Below are positions 1 to 8,088 of a stretch of DNA of 64,000 nucleotides, in pieces. The notes under the pieces are model-generated. The model did no database searches, was not told the origin of the DNA, and saw only the letters and a program-made list of their open reading frames with translations. The number at the start of each line of letters is the position of its first letter. Positions within the stretch are counted from its first letter, which is position 1. A program made the translations under genes and the position numbers. Source of the stretch: Campylobacteraceae bacterium (GTDB lineage Bacteria > Campylobacterota > Campylobacteria > Campylobacterales > Sulfurospirillaceae); NCBI GenBank assembly GCA_026988975.1, contig JALSKH010000048.1:23466-87465 (forward strand). Reading direction: 5' to 3'.

Positions 1-1
1 G

Positions 2-631
2 CCAAACTTTTTTGGTTATCAACGATTTGGCAGAGAGGGGGATAATTATAGAGTTGGAAGAGAGATATTAGAGCGAAAAAGAAGAGAGCGAAAAAGAAAG
101 ATGAAAAACTTTTTTATCAGTGCTTATCAGAGCTATCTTTTTAACACATGGCTCTCAAATCGTCTGAAAATTGGACATATTTTAGAGGGTTTTGATGACA
201 AAGACGCTGCTAAAGCTCTTGGTTTTTCACTAGAATTAGTCAAAGAGTTAAAAAAACAGAAAAACTTTTTGAAACTATTTAAAGGAGATATCGCCCATCA
301 CTATCCTGCTGGAAAACCTTTTGTTTGTGAAGAATTGGGTGATGAAGTTGAAAGATTTAGAAAAAAAGAGATAACACTGACAGGTTGGCTACCAGGTCAC
401 AGAAGCATGAGGTGTGAGGACTTTGCAAAAGAGTTAGAAGAAGAAGTTTATGACGAAGCCGAGCCTTTTCTAGATCAAATGAATGGTACAAGAAGATTTG
501 CTTGGATATTTTTAGATGGAGTAGAGAGTCAATACAAAGAGGAAGAGAATTGGTTTGAGATGCACTTTACGCTGCCAAAAGGCTCATATGCTACAGTTGT
601 ATTGGAAGAGTTAACACACAATATGCTATAA
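2..631 (+). CDS. truD: tRNA pseudouridine(13) synthase TruD, C-terminal part (5' end outside window)
   Basis: Frame 2 is open from the window edge. The translation PNFFGYQRFG...FFISAYQSYLFNTWLSNRL carries TruD-type motifs. Stop TAA at 629-631. Confidence 0.85.
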   Translation, partial: PNFFGYQRFGREGDNYRVGREILERKRRERKRKMKNFFISAYQSYLFNTWLSNRLKIGHILEGFDDKDAAKALGFSLELVKELKKQKNFLKLFKGDIAHHYPAGKPFVCEELGDEVERFRKKEITLTGWLPGHRSMRCEDFAKELEEEVYDEAEPFLDQMNGTRRFAWIFLDGVESQYKEEENWFEMHFTLPKGSYATVVLEELTHNML

Positions 632-652
632 TTTTACAAAGGTACGATGAGT

Positions 653-725
653 GACTACCTGCCCATACTTTTTTATTGTAAGTTGTTTTTTTAAATGACC
701 TATAATTAAAAAAGTATGGGCAGGA
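653..725 (+). repeat. 73-nt hairpin module, copy 1 (occupies the P3 position of rnpB)
   Basis: Identical base for base to 806-878. It folds as a ~31-bp hairpin (CCTGCCCATACTTTTTT.../...AAAAAAGTATGGGCAGG) with G-U wobbles and a TTTT loop. Confidence 0.9.
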
Positions 726-805
726 GGAAAGTCCGGGCTGCTATGAGGCAAGGTTCCGCCTAACGGACGGCTGGGGTAACCCAAGGGATAGTGCAACAGA
801 GAGGA

Positions 806-878
806 GACTACCTGCCCATACTTTTTTATTGTAAGTTGTTTTTTTAAATGACCTATAATTAAAAAAGTATGGGCAGGA
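806..878 (+). repeat. 73-nt hairpin module, copy 2 (occupies the P12 position of rnpB)
   Basis: Perfect direct repeat of 653-725. It lies between AGTGCAACAGAGAG and GGTGAAACGGTG, which is where P12 sits in type-A RNase P RNA. Confidence 0.9.
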
Positions 879-1076
879 AAAGGTGAAACGGTGAGGTAAG
901 AGCTCACCAGAGTTTAGAGTAATCTAAACTGCTATGTAAACCCAACCTGCAGCAAGAATGGATTGGTTTAAGCCTCATATTTTTACCATTCGCTAGAGTG
1001 TTATCGTAAGATAACAAGTAGATAAATAGTCGCTCAAGACAGAACCCGGCTTATAGTCGTACCTTTGGATACTTAA

Positions 1077-1799
1077 TTACCACACTAAGAGCTTCATCTT
1101 GTTGATGGTTTGCTCTACTACCTTTTTTTCACTATTGCAAAATTTTTCTATAGTATTTTTTATGATTTTTTGATTTGGTTTTACTCCTCTGACCCTTAAG
1201 TGCCAATCATAATTTTCCAAAGCTTCACTGTATGTTCTCTCTCTTAGTTTTAGCTCTTCAAACCCTTTTTCTTTATATTTGATCTCTCTTGATTTTAGCC
1301 ATTTTATCACTCTTTTTGCACCATTTGGTGGTGAGTATATCTCTTTGTGAGCCGTAAAAAGCTCGTCTAAGATAGTGCAATCCCTTGTTCCTGCCCAACC
1401 TAGATATATCTTTTGATTTGCACAAGTGTCGAATTTTTCTATCTCTGCAACACTTTTTACTGCTGGACTCATTGTGCAAATTGCGATGTCAAATCTCGTG
1501 TTAAGATCAAAATCACTCCAAGTTCCATGGTCTGTTTTTATATTTTTTATGCCTAGTTTTTTTGCATCTTCTCTTAAAATTTCTAGCATATTTTTTGAGT
1601 AATCCAAAGCAAGAACTTCAGTTGCAATTTGCGCAATATGCAGAGTATATACTCCAGTACCGCAACCCACATCGATGACACTTCTATCTGTAAAATCAAC
1701 ATCAAACTCTTTTATCGATTTAAGAATATCTGCTTCAAAACTATTTTTGCAAGATGAGTATCTTGCATAGTTTTTTGCTTTTTCATCCCATTTATTCAC
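1077..1799 (-). CDS. class I SAM-dependent methyltransferase
   Basis: 240-aa ORF with the SAM-binding motif VIDVGCGTGVYTL followed by ALDYS. Confidence 0.8.
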   Translation of the reverse strand: MNKWDEKAKNYARYSSCKNSFEADILKSIKEFDVDFTDRSVIDVGCGTGVYTLHIAQIATEVLALDYSKNMLEILREDAKKLGIKNIKTDHGTWSDFDLNTRFDIAICTMSPAVKSVAEIEKFDTCANQKIYLGWAGTRDCTILDELFTAHKEIYSPPNGAKRVIKWLKSREIKYKEKGFEELKLRERTYSEALENYDWHLRVRGVKPNQKIIKNTIEKFCNSEKKVVEQTINKMKLLVW

Positions 1800-2601
1800 T
1801 ATTTTTCTCCTTGGTTAACAAAATCGCTGCTAGTAGTATAAAAATTGACCCAATTATCTGTAATCTTCCCATATCTTCACCCAAAAATAGGTGTGAACAA
1901 ACGAGTGTAACAACGAGCTCAAAAGTTGATATCATAGATGCCTTTAATGGACCGATAAGTTTTAGTCCAGCAAAAAATGTAATGCTTGCTATAATGGTAG
2001 ATACAAGAACGATAGCCACTATCCATCCCCACTGCTCAACATTTTTAGGAGTCTCTACATGTACAGATAATCCATATAAAAGATAGACAAATGCTGCACC
2101 GCCCATTATGATGGCTGTTGCAACTAAAGGGTTTGTACCTCTCATAGCTTTTGTGCCTATGATGATATATATGGAGTATATCAAAGCCGCCCCTATACCA
2201 AAAAGGAGCCCAAGGAAGTTGACATTGTCAAATTTTATACCTATAACCAAAATAGCCCCGATTGTTGTCAGTAGCAGAGCAATTATATCAAGTTTGTAAA
2301 CCTTGCTTTTAAGCAGTGTAAGTGATAAAACCAAAACTATGCTAGGATATAGATAAAGCAGTATAGAAGTAAGAGACGAGCCTATGAGACTAACGGCGCT
2401 AAAATATGAAAAAGCCTGTGTAGAGTACAAAAACATGCCCATAAATAGAAGTACAAATAGTAATTTGCCTTTTGGATATGAGCGGTTGGTATATATAGCA
2501 TAAATATTTAGTATAATTGCAGTTAGTAAGAAGCGAAAAAGTAGTATAGTTTTGACATTCAGACCACTTTTGTAAGCAAAAGTAGCAAAGATTGGCATCA
2601 A
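1792..2601 (-). CDS. EamA/DMT-family transporter (the true start is probably upstream, open frame to 2676)
   Basis: Polytopic membrane ORF with two EamA-like halves. The first TM helix (KLKFLGFILILISAISFGL) lies upstream of the TTG at 2601, in a stretch with no ATG or GTG. CTG at 2650-2652 or ATT at 2674-2676 are the only candidate starts. Confidence 0.75.
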   Translation of the reverse strand: MMPIFATFAYKSGLNVKTILLFRFLLTAIILNIYAIYTNRSYPKGKLLFVLLFMGMFLYSTQAFSYFSAVSLIGSSLTSILLYLYPSIVLVLSLTLLKSKVYKLDIIALLLTTIGAILVIGIKFDNVNFLGLLFGIGAALIYSIYIIIGTKAMRGTNPLVATAIIMGGAAFVYLLYGLSVHVETPKNVEQWGWIVAIVLVSTIIASITFFAGLKLIGPLKASMISTFELVVTLVCSHLFLGEDMGRLQIIGSIFILLAAILLTKEKNSE

Positions 2602-2682
2602 ACCAAAAGATATAGCTGAGATAAGAATTAAAATAAAGCCTAAAAATTTCAGTTTTTTTCCTTTGTCTGTGCTAATCTAAAA

Positions 2683-2772
2683 ATATCATATCTCTTTTAA
2701 GGTCATCTCGTGAGGCTCAGACCAACGGGAGGATTTGCCCTCTAAGAGATGACCTTAAAAGAGATATAATAT
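2683..2772 (+). repeat. Family A hairpin element, copy A1
   Basis: Perfect 20-bp stem (2689-2708 with 2747-2766), extendable to about 26 bp with one mismatch. It encloses the 38-nt loop CGTGAGGCTCAGACCAACGGGAGGATTTGCCCTCTAAG. Homologous to 39324-39403 and 21373-21482. Confidence 0.85.
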
Positions 2773-2791
2773 TTAAGGAGATTATAACATA

Positions 2792-3139
2792 ATGAACAAA
2801 AAAAATAGGACAAAGATAACAACATTAGATCTTTTTGGAGATTATAGCTACCCATCTCAAAGTTGGAGTGTTCCATCTTGGGTAGCAAAAAGTGAAGATT
2901 TCATAGAAATACTCAAGGATATAATCACTTGTGATGTGACTGAGGAAAAGTACAAAGAGCCAGACTCATTTAAGGAACTTTTTGCACATCTTAGAGGGAG
3001 AAATTATGCCATTTTCGAAGATAGATTTCTAGTATGCTTAACCCAAGGAAGATTAGCTTATCTCGTAAATACAGGCTTCACAAAAGTATCTGCAAGCGAA
3101 GAAGTGTTTGAATTATCAAATTGGAAAATTCAAATTTAA
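2792..3139 (+). CDS. hypothetical protein (115 aa)
   Basis: ORF preceded by AAGGAG at 2775-2780. No motif I recognise. Confidence 0.55.
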   Translation: MNKKNRTKITTLDLFGDYSYPSQSWSVPSWVAKSEDFIEILKDIITCDVTEEKYKEPDSFKELFAHLRGRNYAIFEDRFLVCLTQGRLAYLVNTGFTKVSASEEVFELSNWKIQI

Positions 3140-3143
3140 AGTT

Positions 3144-3491
3144 TCATAATCCTTTAGGATTTGCGCCATATCTGTTTTCATATGGTGTTCCATCCATAGC
3201 TAGAAAGATAATCAAAACAATAAAACCGATGATCGGGATGACAAATAGCAGTTGCCACCATCCCGTCCTATCAGCATCATGCAGTCTTCTAGCGGTAACG
3301 GCGATGGATGGTAGGAAAACAGCTAGTGAATATATACCATTTAGAAGTCCACTATCTCTTAGAATTTTATCTGTAAAGACCAAAATTATGCTAACGATTA
3401 TATTTATCAGCACAAAATACCAATACTCAGACCTAGTTGCTCTTCCACTGAAAACTGCATATTTTTTCCAAACACCTAGATACCAGTCCAT
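3144..3491 (-). CDS. DUF805-family inner membrane protein
   Basis: Signature FSGRATRSEYWYF ... RRLHDADRTGWW, with 2-3 TM segments. Confidence 0.8.
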   Translation of the reverse strand: MDWYLGVWKKYAVFSGRATRSEYWYFVLINIIVSIILVFTDKILRDSGLLNGIYSLAVFLPSIAVTARRLHDADRTGWWQLLFVIPIIGFIVLIIFLAMDGTPYENRYGANPKGL

Positions 3492-3501
3492 CTTTTCTCC
3501 T

Positions 3502-4521
3502 TTAACCCATAGGGTATAAAATGCTTTGGTGAACCTTGTCTAACTCTTGCATCAACTCTTTGCTTATTTTGTACTCAAGGGCGTCAAAAATCACATCTAA
3601 CTGTTCGGCTTTACTAGCACCTATGATAGTAGAAGCTATGAAATCAAAACTCATACTCCAAGCAGTTGCCAATGTAGTTAAGTTTACATCATATTTCCTA
3701 GCTATTTCTAAGTATCTTTCGGTTGAGTCTAGAGTTTTGTCGTTTACAAATCTCTTTGCCTGAGCTTGCATTCTTGGATTTGGATCATTTAGATACTTTG
3801 TAAATCTTGCCCCAATAGGCAGAACTTTTTGATTATATTTGCCGCTTAGCACTCCACCAGCTAGCGGAGAGTAGGGCAGAAGTGAGATATTTTCTTTTTT
3901 GCAAACAGTTGCGAGCTCATCTAAAAATCTTCGGTTTAGCATTGAAAAATTGTTTTGTATGGATTGAAATCTTGCTAGATTTTTATGCTTTGAAGTTTCA
4001 TTCGCTTTTGTCAGTCCGTAAGCAGTGTCATTTGAAGTACCGATATATCTGATTTTCCCAGCTTTTACAAACTCATCGAGTACACTTAGTGACTCTTCTA
4101 TAGGTACGCTCATATCTGGCCAATGCACCTGATATAGGTCTATATAGTCAGTTTTGAGTCTTTTCAAAGTGCCATCAAGCGCTTTTGTTATGTGAAATCT
4201 ATCTATCGCAGTCAACCCATGTCTGATGGGTGGCACAAACCAGCCATTTGCCGCTCCGGCAACTTTTGAAGCGATTATGATGGAATCTCTTGGCTTGCCT
4301 TGAAGCCACTCTCCAATTATCTCTTCGGTAACTCCTGCGTAGTGGGCAGAGGGAGGCACAGGATAGAGCTCAGCTGTATCAAAAAAGTTTATACCTCTCT
4401 CGTACGCTTTGTCCATTATCCTAAAAGACTCTTTTTTGTCGCTAAAAGAGCCAAAAGTCATAGTTCCTAAGCAGATAGGCGTGACTCTGAGTCCGCTTTT
4501 TCCTATATATCTATACTTCAT
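3502..4521 (-). CDS. aldo/keto reductase (Tas-like NADP-dependent oxidoreductase)
   Basis: N-terminus MKYRYIGKSGLRVTPICLGTMTFG, plus FFDTAELY and IRYIGTSN motifs. Confidence 0.85.
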   Translation of the reverse strand: MKYRYIGKSGLRVTPICLGTMTFGSFSDKKESFRIMDKAYERGINFFDTAELYPVPPSAHYAGVTEEIIGEWLQGKPRDSIIIASKVAGAANGWFVPPIRHGLTAIDRFHITKALDGTLKRLKTDYIDLYQVHWPDMSVPIEESLSVLDEFVKAGKIRYIGTSNDTAYGLTKANETSKHKNLARFQSIQNNFSMLNRRFLDELATVCKKENISLLPYSPLAGGVLSGKYNQKVLPIGARFTKYLNDPNPRMQAQAKRFVNDKTLDSTERYLEIARKYDVNLTTLATAWSMSFDFIASTIIGASKAEQLDVIFDALEYKISKELMQELDKVHQSILYPMG

Positions 4522-5818
4522 CGCTTCTCCTTTTATCTATCACTCGCACCGCTTTTCCTTCGCTTCTGATGATGGATTTTGGTGCTACAAGCTTGACATC
4601 TACATTTATATACAGATTGTTAAGCATCTTATGCTGTATTGATTTTTTTAAGCTTTCAAGTTCCCTGATGTTTTCACTCATAATGTTTTCATTTAACTCT
4701 ATGTCAATCATCAACTTATCCAAATACCCCTTTTTCTTGGCTATTATCTGATAATTTAGTGTAATTCCATCTATATTTGAGAGTACATGTTCGATTTGTG
4801 AAGGAAATACATTTACCCCATTTATCACGAGCATATCATCAGCTCGTCCAACTATACTCTCTATCCTGGCTAGCGTTCTTCCGCATTTACAAGGTGTTCT
4901 GGTCAAAGATGTTATATCCCCAGTTCTATATCTGATGATAGGAAGTGCCTGTTTGGATAAAGTGGTGACTACAAGCTCTCCTCTTTGTCCATCAGGTAAA
5001 ACTTCACCTGTTTTTGGATCGATGATTTCAGGGTAAAAGTGGTCTTCGTTGATATGAAGAAGAGAAGAGTGCTTACAGCTAGAAGCAACGCCAGGACCAA
5101 TTATCTCAGAGAGTCCATAAACTTCCACATAGTCGATTCCCCATATCTTTGATATCTCTTCTTTTAACCCTTTGCTAGCAGGCTCTGCACCAAAAAATCC
5201 AACTTTTAGATGAAAATCTTTTTCTATGTCATAACCCTCTGTCTCAGCAATTTCAGCCATATGAAGTGCAAAAGATGGAGTTCCTGTGATGGCAGTTGCC
5301 TTGAAATCTTTTAACAAAAGAAGTTGCCTAGAGGTAAAACCCGTTGAGCTTGGTATGACTGCTATCTTCATCCGCTCAGCTGCCGTATGAAATCCCAAAC
5401 CACCAGTAAAAAGTCCATAGCCAGTGGAGTTTTGGAGTATATCTTTGCTAGTTAACCCACCCATAGTAAAGACTCTAGCCATAACTTCACTCCAGACATC
5501 CATATCATGTTCTGTATATCCCACAACTGTGGGCTTCCCCGTGGTTCCGCTAGAGCTATGAATTCGCACGATTTGATCCATATCAACCGCAAAAAGACCA
5601 TAAGGATAGTTGTCTCTCAAATCCTGTTTTTTAGTAAATGGAAGTTTTGAGATATCCTCTAAACTCTCTATATCGCTAGGTTTTATGCCTAGTTTGTCAA
5701 ATTTTTCTTTATAAAAAGGTACTAAATTGTAAACTCTGATCAGAGTCTCTTTTAGTCTCTTAAATTGCAAAGAGGCTAGTTCATCTGCACATAGGCTTTC
5801 GTTTTTGCTATAAGTCAT
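4511..5818 (-). CDS. phenylacetate-CoA ligase family protein, paralog 2
   Basis: 435 aa with the adenylate-forming motif SSGTTGKPTVV and YRTGD. Roughly two-thirds identical by eye to the 6257-7555 product. Confidence 0.85.
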   Translation of the reverse strand: MTYSKNESLCADELASLQFKRLKETLIRVYNLVPFYKEKFDKLGIKPSDIESLEDISKLPFTKKQDLRDNYPYGLFAVDMDQIVRIHSSSGTTGKPTVVGYTEHDMDVWSEVMARVFTMGGLTSKDILQNSTGYGLFTGGLGFHTAAERMKIAVIPSSTGFTSRQLLLLKDFKATAITGTPSFALHMAEIAETEGYDIEKDFHLKVGFFGAEPASKGLKEEISKIWGIDYVEVYGLSEIIGPGVASSCKHSSLLHINEDHFYPEIIDPKTGEVLPDGQRGELVVTTLSKQALPIIRYRTGDITSLTRTPCKCGRTLARIESIVGRADDMLVINGVNVFPSQIEHVLSNIDGITLNYQIIAKKKGYLDKLMIDIELNENIMSENIRELESLKKSIQHKMLNNLYINVDVKLVAPKSIIRSEGKAVRVIDKRRSDEV

Positions 5819-5826
5819 AAGAGGCT

Positions 5827-6255
5827 CTACATGTAGAACTGTTTAGCTTCGACTATCTGCACCTCATTTTTGGTGAGGGCATCAACTGCTTTGGTTATAT
5901 CATCAACACTAAATATAAAAACACCCATAGTTGATTCGTAAAAACTATATGTGTAAAAAATATTTATATCATTTTTGGCAAGTATCTCTATCACTTTGTC
6001 AAAACTGCCTACATAGTCATCTATCTTTACTCCAAAAACTTCACTAAATCTCACACTAAAACCAGCATCTTCTAGTACAACTTTGGCTTTTTCAGGGTTA
6101 TCAACGATAGAGCGAACAAGTCCAAAATCACTAGAATCCGCCAAGATGATCGACTTTATAGATACACCGTTTTCTGATAATACTTTCGTAAAATCTGCCA
6201 ATTCTCCACCTCTGTTTTCTAAAAATACAGAGAGTTGTTTTATTTTATATTTCAT
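5827..6255 (-). CDS. ACT-domain protein
   Basis: 142 aa with a tandem ACT-like beta-alpha-beta-beta-alpha-beta pattern. It sits between the two ligase paralogs. Confidence 0.7.
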   Translation of the reverse strand: MKYKIKQLSVFLENRGGELADFTKVLSENGVSIKSIILADSSDFGLVRSIVDNPEKAKVVLEDAGFSVRFSEVFGVKIDDYVGSFDKVIEILAKNDINIFYTYSFYESTMGVFIFSVDDITKAVDALTKNEVQIVEAKQFYM

Positions 6256-6256
6256 A

Positions 6257-7555
6257 TTATTGTCCCCTTTTATCTATTACTCGCACGGCTTTTCCCATGC
6301 TTCGCTCTATACTTCTTGGCTCAACCAGTTTGATTTTTGCATTTATGTATAGATTGTTTAAAAGCTCACCCTGAATCTTCTTTTTGAGATTTTCAAGTGC
6401 TCCTATGCTATCCATCGGCATTGAGTCATTTACCTCTACCATGATTTCCAAACTGTCAAGATACCCTTTTTTGTCCGCGATTATCTGATAATTTAGCGTA
6501 ATTTCTTCTATATTTGAAAGCACATGCTCGACTTGTGAAGGAAATACATTTACACCATTTACGATGAGCATATCGTCAGCTCTTCCCATAACACTTTTCA
6601 TCCTTACATGTGTTCGACCACATCTACAAGGAGTTTGGTCCAAGCTTGTGATGTCTCCTGTTCTGTATCTGATGATTGGAAATGCCTGCTTTGTAAGAGA
6701 AGTGATAACCAACTCACCTTTTTCGCCATAAGGTAAAACTTCACCTGTTTTTGAATCAATAATTTCAGGATAAAAATGGTCTTCAAATATATGAAGCCCA
6801 TTGTGTTCTTTACAGCTATTTGAGACGCCTGGTCCTATTATCTCGCTCATGCCATATATCTCATAATACTCTATATCCCAAACTTTTGCTACTTCCTCTT
6901 TTAAGCCCTCGCTTGTTGGCTCTGCTCCAAAGATACCGCATTTTAGTTTGAAATCTTTTCTCAAATCATATCCCTCTTTTTGTGCAACTTCAGCTAAGTG
7001 AAGTGCAAAAGAAGGGGTAGAAGCCAAGACTGTAGAGCCAAAATCTTTCATCAAAAGAAGCTGTCTTGAAGTAAATCCGCCTGAACTTGGAACTACTGTT
7101 GCTCCAACTGTCTGAGCACCATCATGAAGCCCTAAACCACCGGTAAAAAGCCCATATCCATAGGCATTATGTACGGTGTCTGCTGAGTTTACTCCGCTCA
7201 TAGTGTAGCATCTTGCCATCACTTCATTCCATACATCCATGTCACTTTTTGTGTATCCAACAACTGTGGGTTTGCCAGTCGTTCCGCTTGAACTGTGGAT
7301 TCTCACGACTGCGTCTTGCTCAACTGCAAAGAGACCAAAAGGATAGTTGTCTCTTAGATCCTGTTTTTTGGTGAAAGGAAGTTTGGATATGTCGTGGATT
7401 GATTGTATATCTTTGGGCATGATGCCCAACTCTTTGAACTTTTGCTTATAAAAAGGAACAGCGCCATATACTCTAGCGACTGTCTCTTTTAGTCTTTTGG
7501 TTTGTAATTTTTCCAACTCGTCACGAGTCAAAGTCTCATCCTTTGACCAAATCAT
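6257..7555 (-). CDS. phenylacetate-CoA ligase family protein, paralog 1
   Basis: 432 aa with SSGTTGKPTVV, YRTGD and a PaaK-like C-terminal domain. Confidence 0.85.
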   Translation of the reverse strand: MIWSKDETLTRDELEKLQTKRLKETVARVYGAVPFYKQKFKELGIMPKDIQSIHDISKLPFTKKQDLRDNYPFGLFAVEQDAVVRIHSSSGTTGKPTVVGYTKSDMDVWNEVMARCYTMSGVNSADTVHNAYGYGLFTGGLGLHDGAQTVGATVVPSSGGFTSRQLLLMKDFGSTVLASTPSFALHLAEVAQKEGYDLRKDFKLKCGIFGAEPTSEGLKEEVAKVWDIEYYEIYGMSEIIGPGVSNSCKEHNGLHIFEDHFYPEIIDSKTGEVLPYGEKGELVITSLTKQAFPIIRYRTGDITSLDQTPCRCGRTHVRMKSVMGRADDMLIVNGVNVFPSQVEHVLSNIEEITLNYQIIADKKGYLDSLEIMVEVNDSMPMDSIGALENLKKKIQGELLNNLYINAKIKLVEPRSIERSMGKAVRVIDKRGQ

Positions 7556-8088
7556 TTAATGCTCCTACTATCTTCTATGGCTTTATGCAAAACGGCTATA
7601 TTTTTATCTGCCACTTTTGCATTCATTACCCGTATAGCCTCTTCTATATCTTTAATCGTAAATGGAAAATTTGGGTCTTTTGCAAGAGATACTCCTAACA
7701 TATATACATTTAGTGCCTGTATAGGAAGTTCGCCGTCTGTTGCTTTTTTGAAGGCATCGATTTTTACTGTTTTATACTCGATTTGTGGAAATTTTTCATC
7801 AGCATTTACGACGATAGTACCACCATCTTTTTTTAGATATTGTATATTTCTTAATCCCTCGTTTCCCTCTAATGCTATGAGTAGATCTGCTTGTCCCTCA
7901 TCGATAGCAGGAGAGTAAAAGTTTCCAACTTTAACATAACAGCTCACAGAGCCGCCTCTTTGACTCATACCGTGATTTTCAGTGCCAAGACACTTCTGGT
8001 CTTTAAGTCCTGCGGCAATGCTCAAAACTTTGACTAAAAATACAGCGCCCTGACCGCCGATACCAGCTATAACAATTTGATATTTCAT
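7552..8088 (-). CDS. iorB: indolepyruvate:ferredoxin oxidoreductase subunit beta
   Basis: 178 aa with the N-terminus IVIAGIGGQGAVF, typical of the gamma-type domain of 2-oxoacid:ferredoxin oxidoreductases. Its start overlaps the iorA stop. Confidence 0.8.
   Translation of the reverse strand: MKYQIVIAGIGGQGAVFLVKVLSIAAGLKDQKCLGTENHGMSQRGGSVSCYVKVGNFYSPAIDEGQADLLIALEGNEGLRNIQYLKKDGGTIVVNADEKFPQIEYKTVKIDAFKKATDGELPIQALNVYMLGVSLAKDPNFPFTIKDIEEAIRVMNAKVADKNIAVLHKAIEDSRSIK

Larger units (their letters stand above)
638..1066 (+). ncRNA. rnpB: RNase P RNA, bacterial type A, about 429 nt
   Basis: Universal core blocks are present in the correct order: GGAAAGTCCGGGC (724-736), AGTGCAACAGAGAG (790-803), GGTGAAACGGTGAGGTAAGAGCTCACC (881-907), ACAGAACCCGGCTTA (1039-1053). 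P1 pairs AAAGGTAC (638-645) with GTACCTTT (1059-1066). P2 pairs GACTA with TAGTC. Confidence 0.93.

Noticed and set aside
653-878. Two identical 73-nt repeats separated by an 80-nt spacer, considered as a mini CRISPR array
   Set aside because: There are only two copies and the repeat is far longer than CRISPR repeats. The spacer is the conserved P4-P11 core of rnpB. No cas genes are in the window.
845-878. Possible relatedness between the rnpB hairpin 3' arm (AAATGACCTATAATTAAAAAAG) and the family A arm (AGATGACCTTAAAAGAG)
   Set aside because: They share only ATGACCT plus AT-rich runs, which is too short to separate from chance in a genome this AT-rich. Kept as a note, not a claim.
626-907. 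93-aa ORF on the minus strand with an internally repeated peptide (PAHTFLIIGHLKKQLTIKKYGQVV twice)
   Set aside because: It lies entirely antisense to the RNase P RNA gene. Its internal repeat is simply the translation of the duplicated 73-nt hairpin module. It has no ribosome-binding site or coding signature.
2709-2746. Family A loop considered as a small self-cleaving ribozyme or riboswitch aptamer
   Set aside because: I cannot find the hammerhead CUGANGA/GAAA core or conserved blocks of other ribozyme or riboswitch classes that I know. The element also occurs in both orientations relative to flanking genes, which argues against a cis-acting 5'-UTR riboswitch.
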